64,000 nucleotides of DNA from Sulfolobales archaeon HS-7 (GCA_019704295.1 AP024596.1:1856001-1920000), one strand, 5' to 3'. Shown: positions 8,639-20,170, counted from the stretch's first letter. Numbers and translations are program-made. The notes: generated by a model not told the origin, from the sequence alone.

Positions 8639-10396
8639 TTACTCTGATTGTCGCATAAGTAGAGCTGAGTTACCTGGCAACAGTTTTTGTATATCTGAAA
8701 TATAGTTATTTATGTCCACCTCAAACTGCTTGCTAAGTATTTTAGCAATTCTCCTAGATATCTTCTCTGCCTGTTCGTCCCCTGGTCCTATGAGGACGTA
8801 ATTCCTGTTTAAACAGTGAAACTTGGCTGCTTCTTCAGAAAAGACTCCTGGGAGAAGAACGCCTTCAGTTTTAGTTAGACATACGGCTAGTCTCAGCCTA
8901 ACATTCTTAATATAATTCTTCCTTCCGTATATCATGAACGAACCGCGTGGCAGATATTCGCCTGAAGGAGGTGATTTACTGACTTGTTCCCCCTTTACGT
9001 AAAACACATCAATTGATGACAAACCTTCCTTCCAGGCTCTCGAATAGGACGCCGAAATAACTGCCGCGTCATTAATTTCATCTTCCGAAACCGTTTTTCG
9101 AGAACTCTTTATTATCGTAGCTGCAGCCCCGTGAAGATCCGCATGAAGAAATACGTCATCATTTTCAAGGTATTTCCTCACTAAGCTCTCATTCTGATCT
9201 ATATCTCTACCTGCTATTATCAGTATTCCACCTCTAGTAAAGCTCCACCTATACTTTTCAAACCAGAATTTCCTCCTATACGTGCTTTCAACCTTTTTTG
9301 ACGTTTCATCTAAAACCTTGTCGATTTCGTTTAGTTTTCCCTGAAATTCCTCAATAACCTGTAGTGTCTTCATATATTTGCCTCTGAAATCTTTAGCCAT
9401 ATCGAAGTAATCCGAGGCGTTTTTGTAAGCGCTTTTCTGCGGATCAAGCGTTATTTTCCTATCATTGATGCTTACTATAACTCGATTTTTTTCATGTTCC
9501 AGTTCAATTTTTCCTTTGTTGTAATCGTCTAAAATCTGATCTATAGTGGAAAAATTATTCATTATTACCATTGCAATTTCCCTTAATTCGTTCTCCTTAT
9601 CCTTATATTCCACTGCCCTTTTCTCAAGTTCCTCTATAGTACTTACTATTTTCTTCTTTTCCACGCCAGCACGTTCTTGAGCCCTCCTCTTTACTTCAAT
9701 TATCTCAAGATTGGAGAAGTAGTTATCAAGGAAGTTATCAAAATCGTCAATAGGCTGACAGTCGTCAATGCGAAATACGTAAAAATTTCCATCTTTACTA
9801 CTACAAATGTTAACTTGTCCAGACTTAATGTTACTAATAATGCTAGCGACATTATCGTTAACAACTTTTTGATCTTTGATATCTAAGCCTAATTTCTTCC
9901 CTTCCTCTGGAGATACATTAGGTCGTTGGGGAGAGACCTTGGGTGGAAGCCGATAAGTCGTGCCTATTTTCAGGTCCCTATCCTTAAAGTGGATTTCCCT
10001 CGAGAGATAAATAATCTTGCCTTCAAGGTCAGTGACGACAAGAACTCCTCTCGGGATAATTTCGCAAACAACCTTCAGCGAGTTACTTAACCAGAGGTTA
10101 ACTATTCTTTCATCCTCTTCCAGAGTGACGTCTTTTATCAAGGTCGAGTTAATTAAATTTCTTAGGATACCGATGCTACCACTTGATGTCCTATCCCTTC
10201 TCGTTTGAGTAAAATGAATTCTCCTTCCAGGTTCGATAATTAGCTCTCTTTCTCCTGCTGGACATCTGAGTTTAAAAAGAAATACTCCTTCTATGTTAGT
10301 CCCGTATACGTTATCAATCCAACAACCAATTAGCCTCCCTCTATTAATTACCATCCACGTCAGTAGATCTAGGTAACTCATAGCTTTTTTTGTCAT
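8639..10396 (-). CDS. rqcH: Rqc2/RqcH (NEMF/NFACT) ribosome quality-control protein
   Basis: WFEKYRW, GRDIDQNE, FLHADLHGAA, SGEYLPRGSFMIYG; central coiled coil. Confidence 0.92.
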   Translation of the reverse strand: MTKKAMSYLDLLTWMVINRGRLIGCWIDNVYGTNIEGVFLFKLRCPAGERELIIEPGRRIHFTQTRRDRTSSGSIGILRNLINSTLIKDVTLEEDERIVNLWLSNSLKVVCEIIPRGVLVVTDLEGKIIYLSREIHFKDRDLKIGTTYRLPPKVSPQRPNVSPEEGKKLGLDIKDQKVVNDNVASIISNIKSGQVNICSSKDGNFYVFRIDDCQPIDDFDNFLDNYFSNLEIIEVKRRAQERAGVEKKKIVSTIEELEKRAVEYKDKENELREIAMVIMNNFSTIDQILDDYNKGKIELEHEKNRVIVSINDRKITLDPQKSAYKNASDYFDMAKDFRGKYMKTLQVIEEFQGKLNEIDKVLDETSKKVESTYRRKFWFEKYRWSFTRGGILIIAGRDIDQNESLVRKYLENDDVFLHADLHGAAATIIKSSRKTVSEDEINDAAVISASYSRAWKEGLSSIDVFYVKGEQVSKSPPSGEYLPRGSFMIYGRKNYIKNVRLRLAVCLTKTEGVLLPGVFSEEAAKFHCLNRNYVLIGPGDEQAEKISRRIAKILSKQFEVDINNYISDIQKLLPGNSALLMRQSE

Positions 10397-10444
10397 TCCA
10401 TTTATCCCAAAATCTCTATAAACAGTCACATCTTAAATTATAAT

Positions 10445-10696
10445 GTGTCAATTGACGATAAGATACTCGCTTTCAGGGCATTTGCAGCTATAATATGTGC
10501 CATAATAAGTTTCGTATTTGGTGTAATGGGGATGTTAACAGCTTCGTACTTAACTCCACTCGTGATTTACTTATTAACTATTCCTGCTGTAAAATATACA
10601 ACAGGTACTAATTCAAGGTGGTTAATTATTGGCAAAGGCTCTTTAACTTTCGTTGTAATATGGTTCTTAATATGGACAGTGCTGCTTCAACTCTAA
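10445..10696 (+). CDS. Small membrane protein, hypothetical
   Basis: Three hydrophobic segments; first gene of an overlapping 3-gene run. Confidence 0.65.
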   Translation: MSIDDKILAFRAFAAIICAIISFVFGVMGMLTASYLTPLVIYLLTIPAVKYTTGTNSRWLIIGKGSLTFVVIWFLIWTVLLQL

Positions 10697-11154
10697 ACTA
10701 CAAGTTCGTAGTAGACGCGATGTTAGGTAACTTAGCAAGATGGCTGCGAATATTAGGTTATGATACATTGTATGACAAGAACTATCAATACTGGAAGATA
10801 TTAGAAATATCGAAGAGGGAGGGAAGAACGATAATAACCAGGAATTCGCATCTAGCTAAAAAGGCATACAAGATGGGCTTAAGCTATGTATTAATTCCTA
10901 AGGGTATTAACGTAATTGAGACATTAATCTACCTTAAACAAAATGGAGTTATAAATGTTGAGTATCCTATCTCCCCTATTAGATGTACAGTATGTAATGG
11001 ACCGTTGGAGAAATTCGATATAGGTAAATGGAAATGTTCCAAATGCGGGAAAATCTACTGGAAAGGATCACATTGGAACACTATTCAGAAAACCGTTATT
11101 AAGGTTGCTAACAGCAAGTTATATGATGACGGAGAGCCTATTAAATCTAAATAA
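10672..11154 (+). CDS. Mut7-C RNase (PIN-like, DUF82) protein
   Basis: FVVDAMLGNLARWLRILGYDT, RCxxC, CxxC..YWKGSHW. Confidence 0.9.
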   Translation: MDSAASTLNYKFVVDAMLGNLARWLRILGYDTLYDKNYQYWKILEISKREGRTIITRNSHLAKKAYKMGLSYVLIPKGINVIETLIYLKQNGVINVEYPISPIRCTVCNGPLEKFDIGKWKCSKCGKIYWKGSHWNTIQKTVIKVANSKLYDDGEPIKSK

Positions 11155-11752
11155 GGAACAGGCTAAAATCCTGATAAAAATAGCAAAGAAATCTATCGAA
11201 TCGCGGTTCTCTAAAAGCGATGAAACTAAGATGCTCCTGGACAGCATTAACGATCCCGTTTTGAATTCCCCAGGCCTCGCGTTTGTAACAATAAATCAGA
11301 AGGTGGGTGAGAGGTTGGAGTTAAGGGGTTGTATAGGTTTCGTTGAAGCGATAGCTCCGCTAAAGGAAATAGTAGCTAAAGCTGCTGCAGAAGCTGCTTT
11401 CGGAGATCCACGTTTTCCTCCACTAAAGGAGTGGGAACTGAATAGTATAGAAATAGAGATTACCATTCTGTCTAAACCTGAAAAATTTAATGTTTATAAC
11501 AGAAGAGAAGTCTTAAATCAAATAACATTAGGAAAACACGGACTTCTGATCAGAAAGGGGATAACTCATTCAGGATTATTACTACCACAAGTCCCAATTG
11601 AGTACTCTTGGGATGCCGAGACATTTTTGGCTCAAACGTGTATAAAAGCAGGTTTAATGCCATATTGTTGGCTAGATGAAAACACTGATATATATAGATT
11701 TGAAGGCGTCGTGATTAAGGAAGAGAATGATGATGTAAAAATAGGATTATAA
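11123..11752 (+). CDS. AMMECR1/TIGR00296 family protein
   Basis: AFVTI, LRGCIG, DPRFPPL, GLLLPQV. Confidence 0.92.
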   Translation: MMTESLLNLNKEQAKILIKIAKKSIESRFSKSDETKMLLDSINDPVLNSPGLAFVTINQKVGERLELRGCIGFVEAIAPLKEIVAKAAAEAAFGDPRFPPLKEWELNSIEIEITILSKPEKFNVYNRREVLNQITLGKHGLLIRKGITHSGLLLPQVPIEYSWDAETFLAQTCIKAGLMPYCWLDENTDIYRFEGVVIKEENDDVKIGL

Positions 11753-12346
11753 TCAAATATGCTTTTTAATAATGTAAAATGTAATATAAGCAACCATTAT
11801 AATCGCAGTTATTATCGCAACGAGATCAAGCTTAGTTGACAGGTAGTTTGTAATAGCAGCGTAGTTTTGATAAAATATTATTCCGATATATGTCAAAAAC
11901 ATGTCCCACAATAAGTTCCCTATAGTCGAATACATTAGAAATGAACCTATACGCATTCTCGCTAAGCCTGCCGGAAATGATACGAGCGTCCTAAATCCTG
12001 GTACGAATCTGAGCAGAAGTACGGCAATGTAGCCGTACTTGGAAAACCATACCGCTAAAAGTTCTAGATGTTTATCTCTTATGAGAATATACTTACCATA
12101 TTTCTTTAAGAATGGAAGTCCCAACTTGGCTCCTATGATATAATCGATTAACGAACCTACGATAGTTCCCAATGTAGCGGATAATATAACAAATGGGAAC
12201 CTTAAGATTCCAGTCTTTACCAAAACCCCTGCTAATGGAAGTACGACCTCGCTAGGTACTGGGAGAGATGACGACTCAAGTAGCATAAGGACGAAAATTC
12301 CAAGATAGTTCCCCACTAGGACGTCTATTAAATGTAGAAAGTTCAA
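11753..12346 (-). CDS. DedA family membrane protein
   Basis: LESSSLPVPSEVV, RFVPGFRTLVSFPAG. Confidence 0.92.
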   Translation of the reverse strand: MNFLHLIDVLVGNYLGIFVLMLLESSSLPVPSEVVLPLAGVLVKTGILRFPFVILSATLGTIVGSLIDYIIGAKLGLPFLKKYGKYILIRDKHLELLAVWFSKYGYIAVLLLRFVPGFRTLVSFPAGLARMRIGSFLMYSTIGNLLWDMFLTYIGIIFYQNYAAITNYLSTKLDLVAIITAIIMVAYITFYIIKKHI

Positions 12347-12726
12347 GGTATGTCTTCACCATGAGGACATTTCTTTGGTCTTCCTAGATACTCATACATT
12401 TTCTCTATAACCTCTTCAGGTATATCTGTGTCGAACTTAGTCGACAGTTCGCAAACCTTATCTTCTTGAATACCTATTTCGGTCAGTAATTCTTCTACTA
12501 CTCTGTGCGCTTTTATCGCCTTATATAACTCCCTCTTACCATTTTCGGTTATAAGGATCAACGATTGTTTTCTTTCGATCAAGCCTTTGCCTTCAAGATG
12601 ATTTAATTCTTCAAAAGCGCTTGCGGGTCTTATGTTAAGTTTTTTTGCCAACGTTGAGAGCCTTATCCCGTCTCGTTCCTTCTCTATCACCTTTAGATAT
12701 ACTATCTCCCTTTTAGTTATGTACAT
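12343..12726 (-). CDS. DtxR/MntR metal-dependent transcriptional regulator
   Basis: N-terminal wHTH, HRVVEELL, CPHG..IP. Confidence 0.9.
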   Translation of the reverse strand: MYITKREIVYLKVIEKERDGIRLSTLAKKLNIRPASAFEELNHLEGKGLIERKQSLILITENGKRELYKAIKAHRVVEELLTEIGIQEDKVCELSTKFDTDIPEEVIEKMYEYLGRPKKCPHGEDIP

Positions 12727-13077
12727 ACTTCATATGTATTGTCTATATCTTGTCTATTATTTTTTATGGAGATTCTTTCATGAACCAGAATCTCCACATC
12801 CATTCTAAATTTCACGCAAAATGTCTTAACAATTTGGGCTTCTCAGTAATTTAAAGTCGAATACTATAATAGTTCAGGTACTACAGCAGCAATTTCATAA
12901 AAGCCGTTGTTCATTGAGGAAACGTAAAACCGATAAGATAAAACTTACTGAAAATACTAATGCAATCCTTCTTACATTATCTTGGTTGTAATAACGGAAG
13001 TTCAACTATACTCCTCTGAATTTTTAAGGATAAGACTAACACAGATGATAAGAGGATGACAGTTAAGGTAGTTTGAC

Positions 13078-13413
13078 ATGGTAAATCCATCTGATCACCT
13101 AGCGAATAAAAGAACCTTTCTGGCATGGATTAGAACGGGGATCGCACTTATGGGATTCGGCTTTGTTATAGCTAAATTCCAGCTTTTCTTAAGGTTAATT
13201 CTAAAGGAAGCTGTAGGTAAGGGATATACTGGCTCTCTTCTCATAATAGCAGGAGTTGCAATTATAGCTTATGCGTTATACGAATATCTCGAAACGGAAA
13301 AAGAGCTTAAAAATGAGAGGTTTCAGGCAAGGACTGTATCTGCGGTAATATTAGCTATTGCATTAATAGCAATATCTATTTTCCTAGTGTTCTCTATAGG
13401 GATCGGATTTTAA
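13078..13413 (+). CDS. YidH/DUF202 membrane protein
   Basis: DHLANKRTFLAWIRT. Confidence 0.92.
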   Translation: MVNPSDHLANKRTFLAWIRTGIALMGFGFVIAKFQLFLRLILKEAVGKGYTGSLLIIAGVAIIAYALYEYLETEKELKNERFQARTVSAVILAIALIAISIFLVFSIGIGF

Positions 13414-13481
13414 AATAGGAAACGGATAAAGGCTATAAATCAGTAAAATTAATATGTGAATTAAGATGATATATCACGAGT

Positions 13482-13925
13482 ATGAAATATTGGTTAATAC
13501 CGATTCAGGAAGATGATTGGAACATTATAAAAACGGAGAAAGTTTACGGATATAAAAAGGAACTTTCAGATTTAATAAAGAAAGGGGACAGATTAATAAT
13601 ATACGTTTCTAAGTATTATGCAAAAAGGTACGGAGGAAAAATAGTAGGCATCTTGGAAATAGTCTCAGACTGGTTCATCGGAGATAAACCGATATTTACC
13701 GAGGAGAGAGTTGTCAATAAGGTAACTCTACCGTTTAGAGCAAAAGTAGAAGTATTAGTTGACGGAGTGTGTGATCTGAAAATGATTTTAGACAACCTGA
13801 TATTTATAGAGGACAAGTATCAACTCGCAAAGTATCTAAGAAATGCACCAGCAAACCTTAAAAGACCTATACCAGAAGTAGATGCAAATAAAATAGCCGA
13901 ATGCCTTAAACAGAGCGAACTATAA
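13482..13925 (+). CDS. EVE domain protein (UPF0310)
   Basis: MKYWL, IKKGDRLIIYV, PFR motifs. Confidence 0.85.
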   Translation: MKYWLIPIQEDDWNIIKTEKVYGYKKELSDLIKKGDRLIIYVSKYYAKRYGGKIVGILEIVSDWFIGDKPIFTEERVVNKVTLPFRAKVEVLVDGVCDLKMILDNLIFIEDKYQLAKYLRNAPANLKRPIPEVDANKIAECLKQSEL

Positions 13926-14243
13926 GAGCATATAAATTAGTTTCTCTGTTATTGCTTTTATTGTATTAATTGCACGGGTTATGAGCTCCTTTGCGTAAAA
14001 CACAATAATATAACGGATCCGCAAAAGTAGCAGTAACCTCTTTATGCTCTTAATTTCCCTGTTTATTATTTCCCTTAAGTTGGTACTTGTGGCAGTATGC
14101 TTTATACCCTCAAGTATCTGTAAAAATCGCCTTGATTGTCTGCTTATCAACTTTAGGTTCTTGGACTCTAGAGTCGATTCAAAGCTCTTACATTCTAAAC
14201 CTAAGATTCTAATATTTACAAGATCAGTAAATGTTGTACTCAT
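13920..14243 (-). CDS. Hypothetical basic protein (uncertain)
   Basis: 107-codon ATG ORF with no recognisable motif. Confidence 0.3.
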   Translation of the reverse strand: MSTTFTDLVNIRILGLECKSFESTLESKNLKLISRQSRRFLQILEGIKHTATSTNLREIINREIKSIKRLLLLLRIRYIIVFYAKELITRAINTIKAITEKLIYMLL

Positions 14244-14364
14244 GATCTATTAATTGTATGAATAAAGCTTAAAATGAGAAAACTTAGTAATATTATACCT
14301 CTTTGGACCTTTAGAAATCAATACGCTTTCCTTTGTACCCCTTAACATTGACCATATTCAAGAA

Positions 14365-14580
14365 GTGAACCGTCTTGCCCTTGCAGATAGGGATTCCTCA
14401 ATCGCGACCTTACCCTGCACAGAGGACTTCACAGGCACTAAGGGTGCCCCCATTAACTTAATGCCCAAGGTATAATATATGGGACTGTTGATTGGAGCAT
14501 GGCGTACCACACTAACCCTAATTTAGGCGTCTCGGTGACGCTTACTCCGTAGATCACCTTCATTAACATATGCCTAGTAA
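14365..14580 (-). mobile_element. Degenerate IS200/IS605 (TnpB) 3'-end remnant
   Basis: Minus strand ends ...GGCAAGACGGTTCAC, resembling an IS605 right end, preceded by a GC-rich structured tail; no intact ORF. Confidence 0.35.
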
Positions 14581-14970
14581 ACTCATTTTTAAGTATAGGA
14601 GTTATCCGTTCTTACAAATGGTCTCTTACATCTTAACCTATATAGTCGAGGAGTGTAATAATCCCCAACTGGGAAAATGGTCAACCTCTTAACTCAAGCA
14701 AAGTTGTCGAACGGAGGCGTATAAATACCTGTCGTCAGACTGAATACTGTGATAAAATTCACTGATGTAGGACACCCCATATAGATATTACTTAAGGAAG
14801 AGAACTTTATCCTTAAAGTACGAATGTAACAGTAGATAAGTAGAAGAAATTTTATCAATACTTACTGGGAATAATTATTTTATCCGATTACTCATCTATA
14901 AATTCATTATTTTTATTATACCGTTTTTTCTACATGTTAATCAATTTAATTGAAAGTTAATTAGTACATA

Positions 14971-15090
14971 GTGCCTTCCCGAATTTTTCGTAACTAACGT
15001 TAACAAATATTAGAATGCGCCTCTGGAATTAAAAGTATTCAATTGCATTTTGACGAATATCATAGAAATTCCTGGAATTTAGGAAAGTAC
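14971..15090 (+). mobile_element. ~120-bp MITE, family 1, copy A
   Basis: Imperfect TIRs gtgccttcccgaatt / aatttaggaaagtac; aligns end to end with copies at 20373, 20642 and 52261. Confidence 0.7.
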
Positions 15091-15190
15091 TGTCATTTTT
15101 GAATGATGGACTATTCTTCCTTATGGACCCATCCTTAACTCCCATTAAGATATATATGGGGATAACTAATGAATAGGAGAGGTCTTACGT

Positions 15191-16342
15191 ATGACTCGGA
15201 AATTATTAATGCATGTAGGTCCTACCACAATTGATTTAGATGTTCTGTTAGCAGGTGTGAAGGAGTCCTCCGGATTTACCTCTGAGGATTTCGTTTACGC
15301 GTCGAAAAACGTCCTTTACTCCATGGAGGAAATAGTAAAGGCCCCTCCTAACTCTCAATCCCTTATAATCCCTGGGAGCGGGACAGCTGCCATGGAAAGT
15401 TGTGTGTCCCTTTTAAATAAAGACGATAAAGTGTTAGTGATAAGTAATGGAGTGTTTGGAAATCGATGGACTTCGATTTTCAGCAGATATCCACTAAAGG
15501 TTGAGACCCTTGAGTCAAGGCCTGGAGAAGTAGTACCTTTGGAAGAGATCGCGCAAAAAGTAGAGAAAAATAGATACAAAATGATTACATTTACACATGT
15601 GGAGACATCTACGGGAGTTCGGCTTAATATAGGAGATTATGCAAAGGCCGTAAGAGATTTCGTTGACATAATTGTTGTAGATGGAGTATCGAGTATAGGC
15701 GGGGAGTTAGTTGATATGAGCGGTTGGGGTGTTGACGTTTACTTAACTGCAAGTCAAAAAGCTCTAGGGGCACCTCCAGGAGCTGGACTATTAGTAATAT
15801 CTCCACGTGCTTTAGAGGTCATAAATCATGAGAATCTTGGAGGTTACTTCCTTAATTTAAGTAATTGGCTTCCAGTTATGAAGAGCCTGAAAGAAAATGT
15901 TGGAGGGTATTTTTCCACCCTTCCTGTACATTTGATCTTCTCATTGTCGAAGGCCATGGAATTAATTAGGCACGAAGGAGTGGAAAAAAGGATTAAGAGG
16001 CACGAGCTGGTTGCGAGGGCGATAAGGGGAGGAGTAGAAGGAATGGGATTGGAGATAGTAGCAAAGAAGGGTCTTTATAGCAACACTGTGACTGGAGTCC
16101 TCTTAAAAAAGGCAGATCCCGTGAGACTCCTGGAGGAAATCCAAAGTGAAAATGTGGAACTTGCGCCCGGTGTTCATCCTGCATTAAAAGGCAAGTACTT
16201 CAGAATCGGACACATGGGATGGGTAACCCCTAATGACGCAATAGCAACAATAGGAGCTATTGAAAGAACTCTAAGGAGACTTGGAGAAGATATAAGAATT
16301 GGAGAAGGTGTTATGGCTGTGCAGGAGATCCTAGGCGCCTGA
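15191..16342 (+). CDS. Class V PLP aminotransferase (serine-pyruvate/alanine-glyoxylate type)
   Basis: [41 protein letters not shown]. Confidence 0.93.
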   Translation: MTRKLLMHVGPTTIDLDVLLAGVKESSGFTSEDFVYASKNVLYSMEEIVKAPPNSQSLIIPGSGTAAMESCVSLLNKDDKVLVISNGVFGNRWTSIFSRYPLKVETLESRPGEVVPLEEIAQKVEKNRYKMITFTHVETSTGVRLNIGDYAKAVRDFVDIIVVDGVSSIGGELVDMSGWGVDVYLTASQKALGAPPGAGLLVISPRALEVINHENLGGYFLNLSNWLPVMKSLKENVGGYFSTLPVHLIFSLSKAMELIRHEGVEKRIKRHELVARAIRGGVEGMGLEIVAKKGLYSNTVTGVLLKKADPVRLLEEIQSENVELAPGVHPALKGKYFRIGHMGWVTPNDAIATIGAIERTLRRLGEDIRIGEGVMAVQEILGA

Positions 16343-16395
16343 GATCTTGAAATGAGGGACATAGTTCTTAAGGCAAAAATAGTAATAACTATAGT

Positions 16396-16905
16396 ATGAT
16401 TTTAGGAGATAGGGATCTAAGGTATTTCATTGAACAGAAGTACATCAAGATAGAACCACTTTTCGAGGACTCGATAAGGGAAAACGGAGTTGATATGAGA
16501 GTTGGGGACCAGATAGCCAGAATGAAAAAGACGGACAAGGTCTTTACACTAGAGGAGGTGTCGGATTTTTACGATGTCGAAATAGGTGAAGAGTTCCTCA
16601 TTCGTCCTCACGAACACGTACTATTGACAACTGAGGAGTACATGGAGTTACCGAGAGATATAATGGCTTTCGTGAACCTTCGTTCAACGTTTGCTAGGGC
16701 TGGCTTATTCATCCCCCCTACAATAGTCGACGCTGGGTTTAGTGGTCAACTTACGATTGAGGTCTTGGGATCGGAATTTCCCGTCCTACTGAAAAGGGGA
16801 CAACGTTTTCTTCATCTGATTTTCGCTAGGACTTTAACACCTGTCGAAAAGCCGTACTCAAGCAGGTACCAGGGGCAGAAGGGAGTTACCCTCCCCAAAG
16901 GCTAG
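16396..16905 (+). CDS. dcd: dCTP deaminase
   Basis: [36 protein letters not shown]. Confidence 0.95.
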   Translation: MILGDRDLRYFIEQKYIKIEPLFEDSIRENGVDMRVGDQIARMKKTDKVFTLEEVSDFYDVEIGEEFLIRPHEHVLLTTEEYMELPRDIMAFVNLRSTFARAGLFIPPTIVDAGFSGQLTIEVLGSEFPVLLKRGQRFLHLIFARTLTPVEKPYSSRYQGQKGVTLPKG

Positions 16906-18236
16906 GCTTCTACTACTCGCAGTAAATCCTCTTGATCCAACTTATATACAACTAAGTACTTGTCTGAAACCCTGCGGAGGTCTGGATTATCTCCCCTTAT
17001 CATCACGCTTATGAGGGAGGAGTTCGCCTCCTTAACCGATTTTCTCACAGCAGCCTCGGCTATCTTATCCTCACCATCAGTTAAGAGAACAACCTCACCT
17101 ACTCCCTTTACGTGTCCCTCCTTTATGTCCTCACATGCCGAGATTATAGACCTGCTTATATCTGTTCCCCCTCCTCCTCTAACCTTGCTCATATACTCTA
17201 CCATTTTCAATACGTCTTTTGGCTTTGCATTTCGCATGACTTTTATTAATGGGTAAGGTATGTTATCGAAGAACCTCAGATAAAAGCTTCTGTTTTCCCT
17301 CCTCGCCTTATTATAAAGTGCTAATCCCACAGCTTTAGCCCATAGTATCTTTTCGCCATCCATGCTTCCCGATTTATCTAACAAGAGATATATAGGACCT
17401 AACGTTTCATTAATCCTCTTCTCGAAGAGCAGCAGATCGCTTTCAGCCAGCTTTAAGTAGAAAAGTTCGTCAGGAAGAGCTAGTTCCGATGTAACTAACC
17501 TTTCCAAATCATTCCCTTTTTCATATCCGAACAACTCTCCGCGAGGAAACTTAGTCGTTTTCTTCTTACTCGGGAAACCCAGATGAGGTATACCACTTAG
17601 GAACTCTAAAATCTTCTTAACTTCGGTATTTCTTGCAAGCTTCATAACTTCGTGTATTTCTCCATCGAATGTTAACATAGAACCTGTCCCAGCTCCCATT
17701 CCTCCCATAATCCTCTGCATGTCCCTAACCGTGTGCGAATCCTCAATAGCTTTTGACATGGCCTTTTGATGCGCTTGATTCATCACTCTCTCAACCTCGT
17801 TTTGGGAAACGGCTGATTGTGGAGAACCTCCTTTCATCAAACTTTGGAGAATATAGTCGGCTGCCTGCCTCTCTCCTTCATTAGGGGACGACTTCTTTAT
17901 TTTCTCAAGTTCCTCAATAAGGTTTTGGGCATATCCTACCGAAAGCGCGTTACTTACACTTGAATTAGCTACAGAATATTCCCTATTAGTTATGATCTCC
18001 TCTGAAGACAGTATTTTGTTGAATAAATTGTGCAGTGTGTCAGACTCTTCTTTACTTTCCTCTTTTGACTTTAAGAGCGGAAATGGTAAGTAGTGAACGT
18101 AATATATGTCAACCAACACGTCCTCTTTTACTGGGATATCCCTTCCTCCAAGTCGCTTCAGGGTGTAAAGTAGCCTTTCCCCTCTATATTTCACTACCGG
18201 GTCCGCGTAATCTATACTCCTTAAGTGCCCAGTCAT
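16902..18236 (-). CDS. von Willebrand factor A domain protein (ViaA/CoxE-like)
   Basis: MIDAS DKSGS, GGGTDI, LLTDGED. Confidence 0.9.
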   Translation of the reverse strand: MTGHLRSIDYADPVVKYRGERLLYTLKRLGGRDIPVKEDVLVDIYYVHYLPFPLLKSKEESKEESDTLHNLFNKILSSEEIITNREYSVANSSVSNALSVGYAQNLIEELEKIKKSSPNEGERQAADYILQSLMKGGSPQSAVSQNEVERVMNQAHQKAMSKAIEDSHTVRDMQRIMGGMGAGTGSMLTFDGEIHEVMKLARNTEVKKILEFLSGIPHLGFPSKKKTTKFPRGELFGYEKGNDLERLVTSELALPDELFYLKLAESDLLLFEKRINETLGPIYLLLDKSGSMDGEKILWAKAVGLALYNKARRENRSFYLRFFDNIPYPLIKVMRNAKPKDVLKMVEYMSKVRGGGGTDISRSIISACEDIKEGHVKGVGEVVLLTDGEDKIAEAAVRKSVKEANSSLISVMIRGDNPDLRRVSDKYLVVYKLDQEDLLRVVEA

Positions 18237-19381
18237 GGAAATATTCCCAGCTTTTTAGCAACCTTTTCCGTTAATTCATCGACTTCCTTTACCACTTCTT
18301 CCGAAAACGTAACCACCTTCTCATCGCCGCTTTCCCTTCCTAAGGATATCACTCTTTCTCTCGTCGCCTTCAAATTCCTTATCATCTCAACCAATCTAGG
18401 ATCGTTTTCCGCCGTGGAGTCCACATATCTCTCGGCGTCCCTTATGTTATTATATATATCATTCAGCTCCTTCATGTACTTTATAGGTGTTTTTAATTCC
18501 TCAGAGAGAAGCGCCCCAACCTTCTCAAAGTCGTCTATTTCCCGAGGTGCCACGTACTTAAGGATTACTAAATCTTCCTCCGTGGCCTTCATTCTGCCGT
18601 TCAAGATTGCGTTGGCTGCAATCACCTTGAGTACCTTACCCTTTCTCCTATCACTCAGGTGTATCCCTTTCTCCTCTAATATAGCGTAAAGTTTGAGCAA
18701 CTTACTCTTAATACCCGAGAGATCTACTTCCCTAAGCTTATTATATATGTTGTCAACATCCTCAACAGTTAACATTGGCTTCTCAATTATCCACTTAGTG
18801 GAGAACTCGATATCCCACGCAGCGTCCAATAGTTCCCTCCACATTTCCTCCCCTACAGGTTTAGCATTATGCCTTAACAGTATCCTATCGTATAGGGCCT
18901 CTAACTCCGGTTCATCAGGAACTCTATTACTGGCTCCTATTAACGTACGTAATGGAGTCCTTATTACGTTATATCCGTCGTATATTACCCTTTCATTCAA
19001 AAGCGAAAGAAGGGCGTTTAAAATCGCTGAATTGGCGTTAAATATTTCGTCTAGAAAAGCTATTTCGCTCTCCGGCAGCCTATCCTTAGTTATCCTCATG
19101 TATTTTCCTTCTCTAAGGCTATTAATGTCTAGAGCACCAAAGAGCTCAGCAGGTTCTGTATATTTTGTAAGCAAATACATGAAGAACTTTGCGTTTATAA
19201 GTTCGGCAGCCCTTCTAGCTATAGCGGATTTAGCCGTACCTGGTTCTCCTATTAGAACTACGTGTTCCTTTGTAAGTAGCGATATGGTTATCAGCCTCGA
19301 TTCTTCTTCCCTCCCTACAAACGGCGCTGAGAGTTGTTCCATGAACTTTCTTGCAATTTCCAACACATTAGATGAACTCAA
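18233..19381 (-). CDS. MoxR/RavA-family AAA+ ATPase
   Basis: [24 protein letters not shown]; coupled to the vWA gene. Confidence 0.92.
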   Translation of the reverse strand: MSSSNVLEIARKFMEQLSAPFVGREEESRLITISLLTKEHVVLIGEPGTAKSAIARRAAELINAKFFMYLLTKYTEPAELFGALDINSLREGKYMRITKDRLPESEIAFLDEIFNANSAILNALLSLLNERVIYDGYNVIRTPLRTLIGASNRVPDEPELEALYDRILLRHNAKPVGEEMWRELLDAAWDIEFSTKWIIEKPMLTVEDVDNIYNKLREVDLSGIKSKLLKLYAILEEKGIHLSDRRKGKVLKVIAANAILNGRMKATEEDLVILKYVAPREIDDFEKVGALLSEELKTPIKYMKELNDIYNNIRDAERYVDSTAENDPRLVEMIRNLKATRERVISLGRESGDEKVVTFSEEVVKEVDELTEKVAKKLGIFP

Positions 19382-19450
19382 TAGATACCACTATTATACA
19401 GTGTTCCCCGTCTATTAAAAACACTTTTCAAGAACATTAGGATTTTTTAA

Positions 19451-20170
19451 CTAAACGTCCTCAGGTTCATCGTACCACTTAACTTTTTCGCCTATCTTAG
19501 ATCTCATCTTCCACTTCATGCTCTTTGGAGATTTCTCTATAGCCTGATATAAGAAATCTAGTTTATCCCTCACTGTTCTGTCCTTTACATACTCCCCAAC
19601 TCTCTTTAGATTAATGGTGAAAGTTTTGTAAAATCCCCAATCGTCAGATAAGACAGATAAAACTCTTCTTAAGTCTATCGTCTTATTGGTATCGCTGTCC
19701 CCAAAAGTAAGATCGGTTAATAGAGCTGCTATATCCTTTATGTCGTTTTCTGTTAGTTTCACTACCTGCATTTTCGTTAACAATAAGTCGGAGGGAGGGA
19801 TAGTTGGCGAGAATGAGAGGATCCTCTCCCCTAACCTTATTACATGACACATTTTAAAGTCGTCGAGGAACACGTCAGTATCGGTGTCTAACAGGAGATC
19901 CCGGTATATTAACCTTGAAAAACCATGTAATGCGTTAAATCTAGAGTTCGGTTCAAAGCCGTTTTTCTCAAAGAATTTATCTAGTTTACCCCTGTATTTA
20001 GAGATAGTGTAGTAATCTACATCCTTGTACTCCCTACTGTAGACCTCGCTCCCTATTTTAGCTAGGTAGGCCACGGCAATACCGCCAATTAACCTGAGCT
20101 GTATGCCCTCAATTTCAGCCTTTTTCACTACTTCTAACCCCCTTTCCAGTCCCTTATCCTTAGGTATCAA
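19451..20170 (-). CDS. Nucleotidyltransferase-fold hypothetical protein
   Basis: LIGGIAV...R.YKDVD motif, DLLLTK, KD. Confidence 0.7.
   Translation of the reverse strand: MIPKDKGLERGLEVVKKAEIEGIQLRLIGGIAVAYLAKIGSEVYSREYKDVDYYTISKYRGKLDKFFEKNGFEPNSRFNALHGFSRLIYRDLLLDTDTDVFLDDFKMCHVIRLGERILSFSPTIPPSDLLLTKMQVVKLTENDIKDIAALLTDLTFGDSDTNKTIDLRRVLSVLSDDWGFYKTFTINLKRVGEYVKDRTVRDKLDFLYQAIEKSPKSMKWKMRSKIGEKVKWYDEPEDV

Noticed and set aside
18225-19418. Long antisense ORFs (154 and 241 aa) and similar shadows elsewhere
   Set aside because: Ser/Leu/Ile-rich mirror frames of well-supported genes
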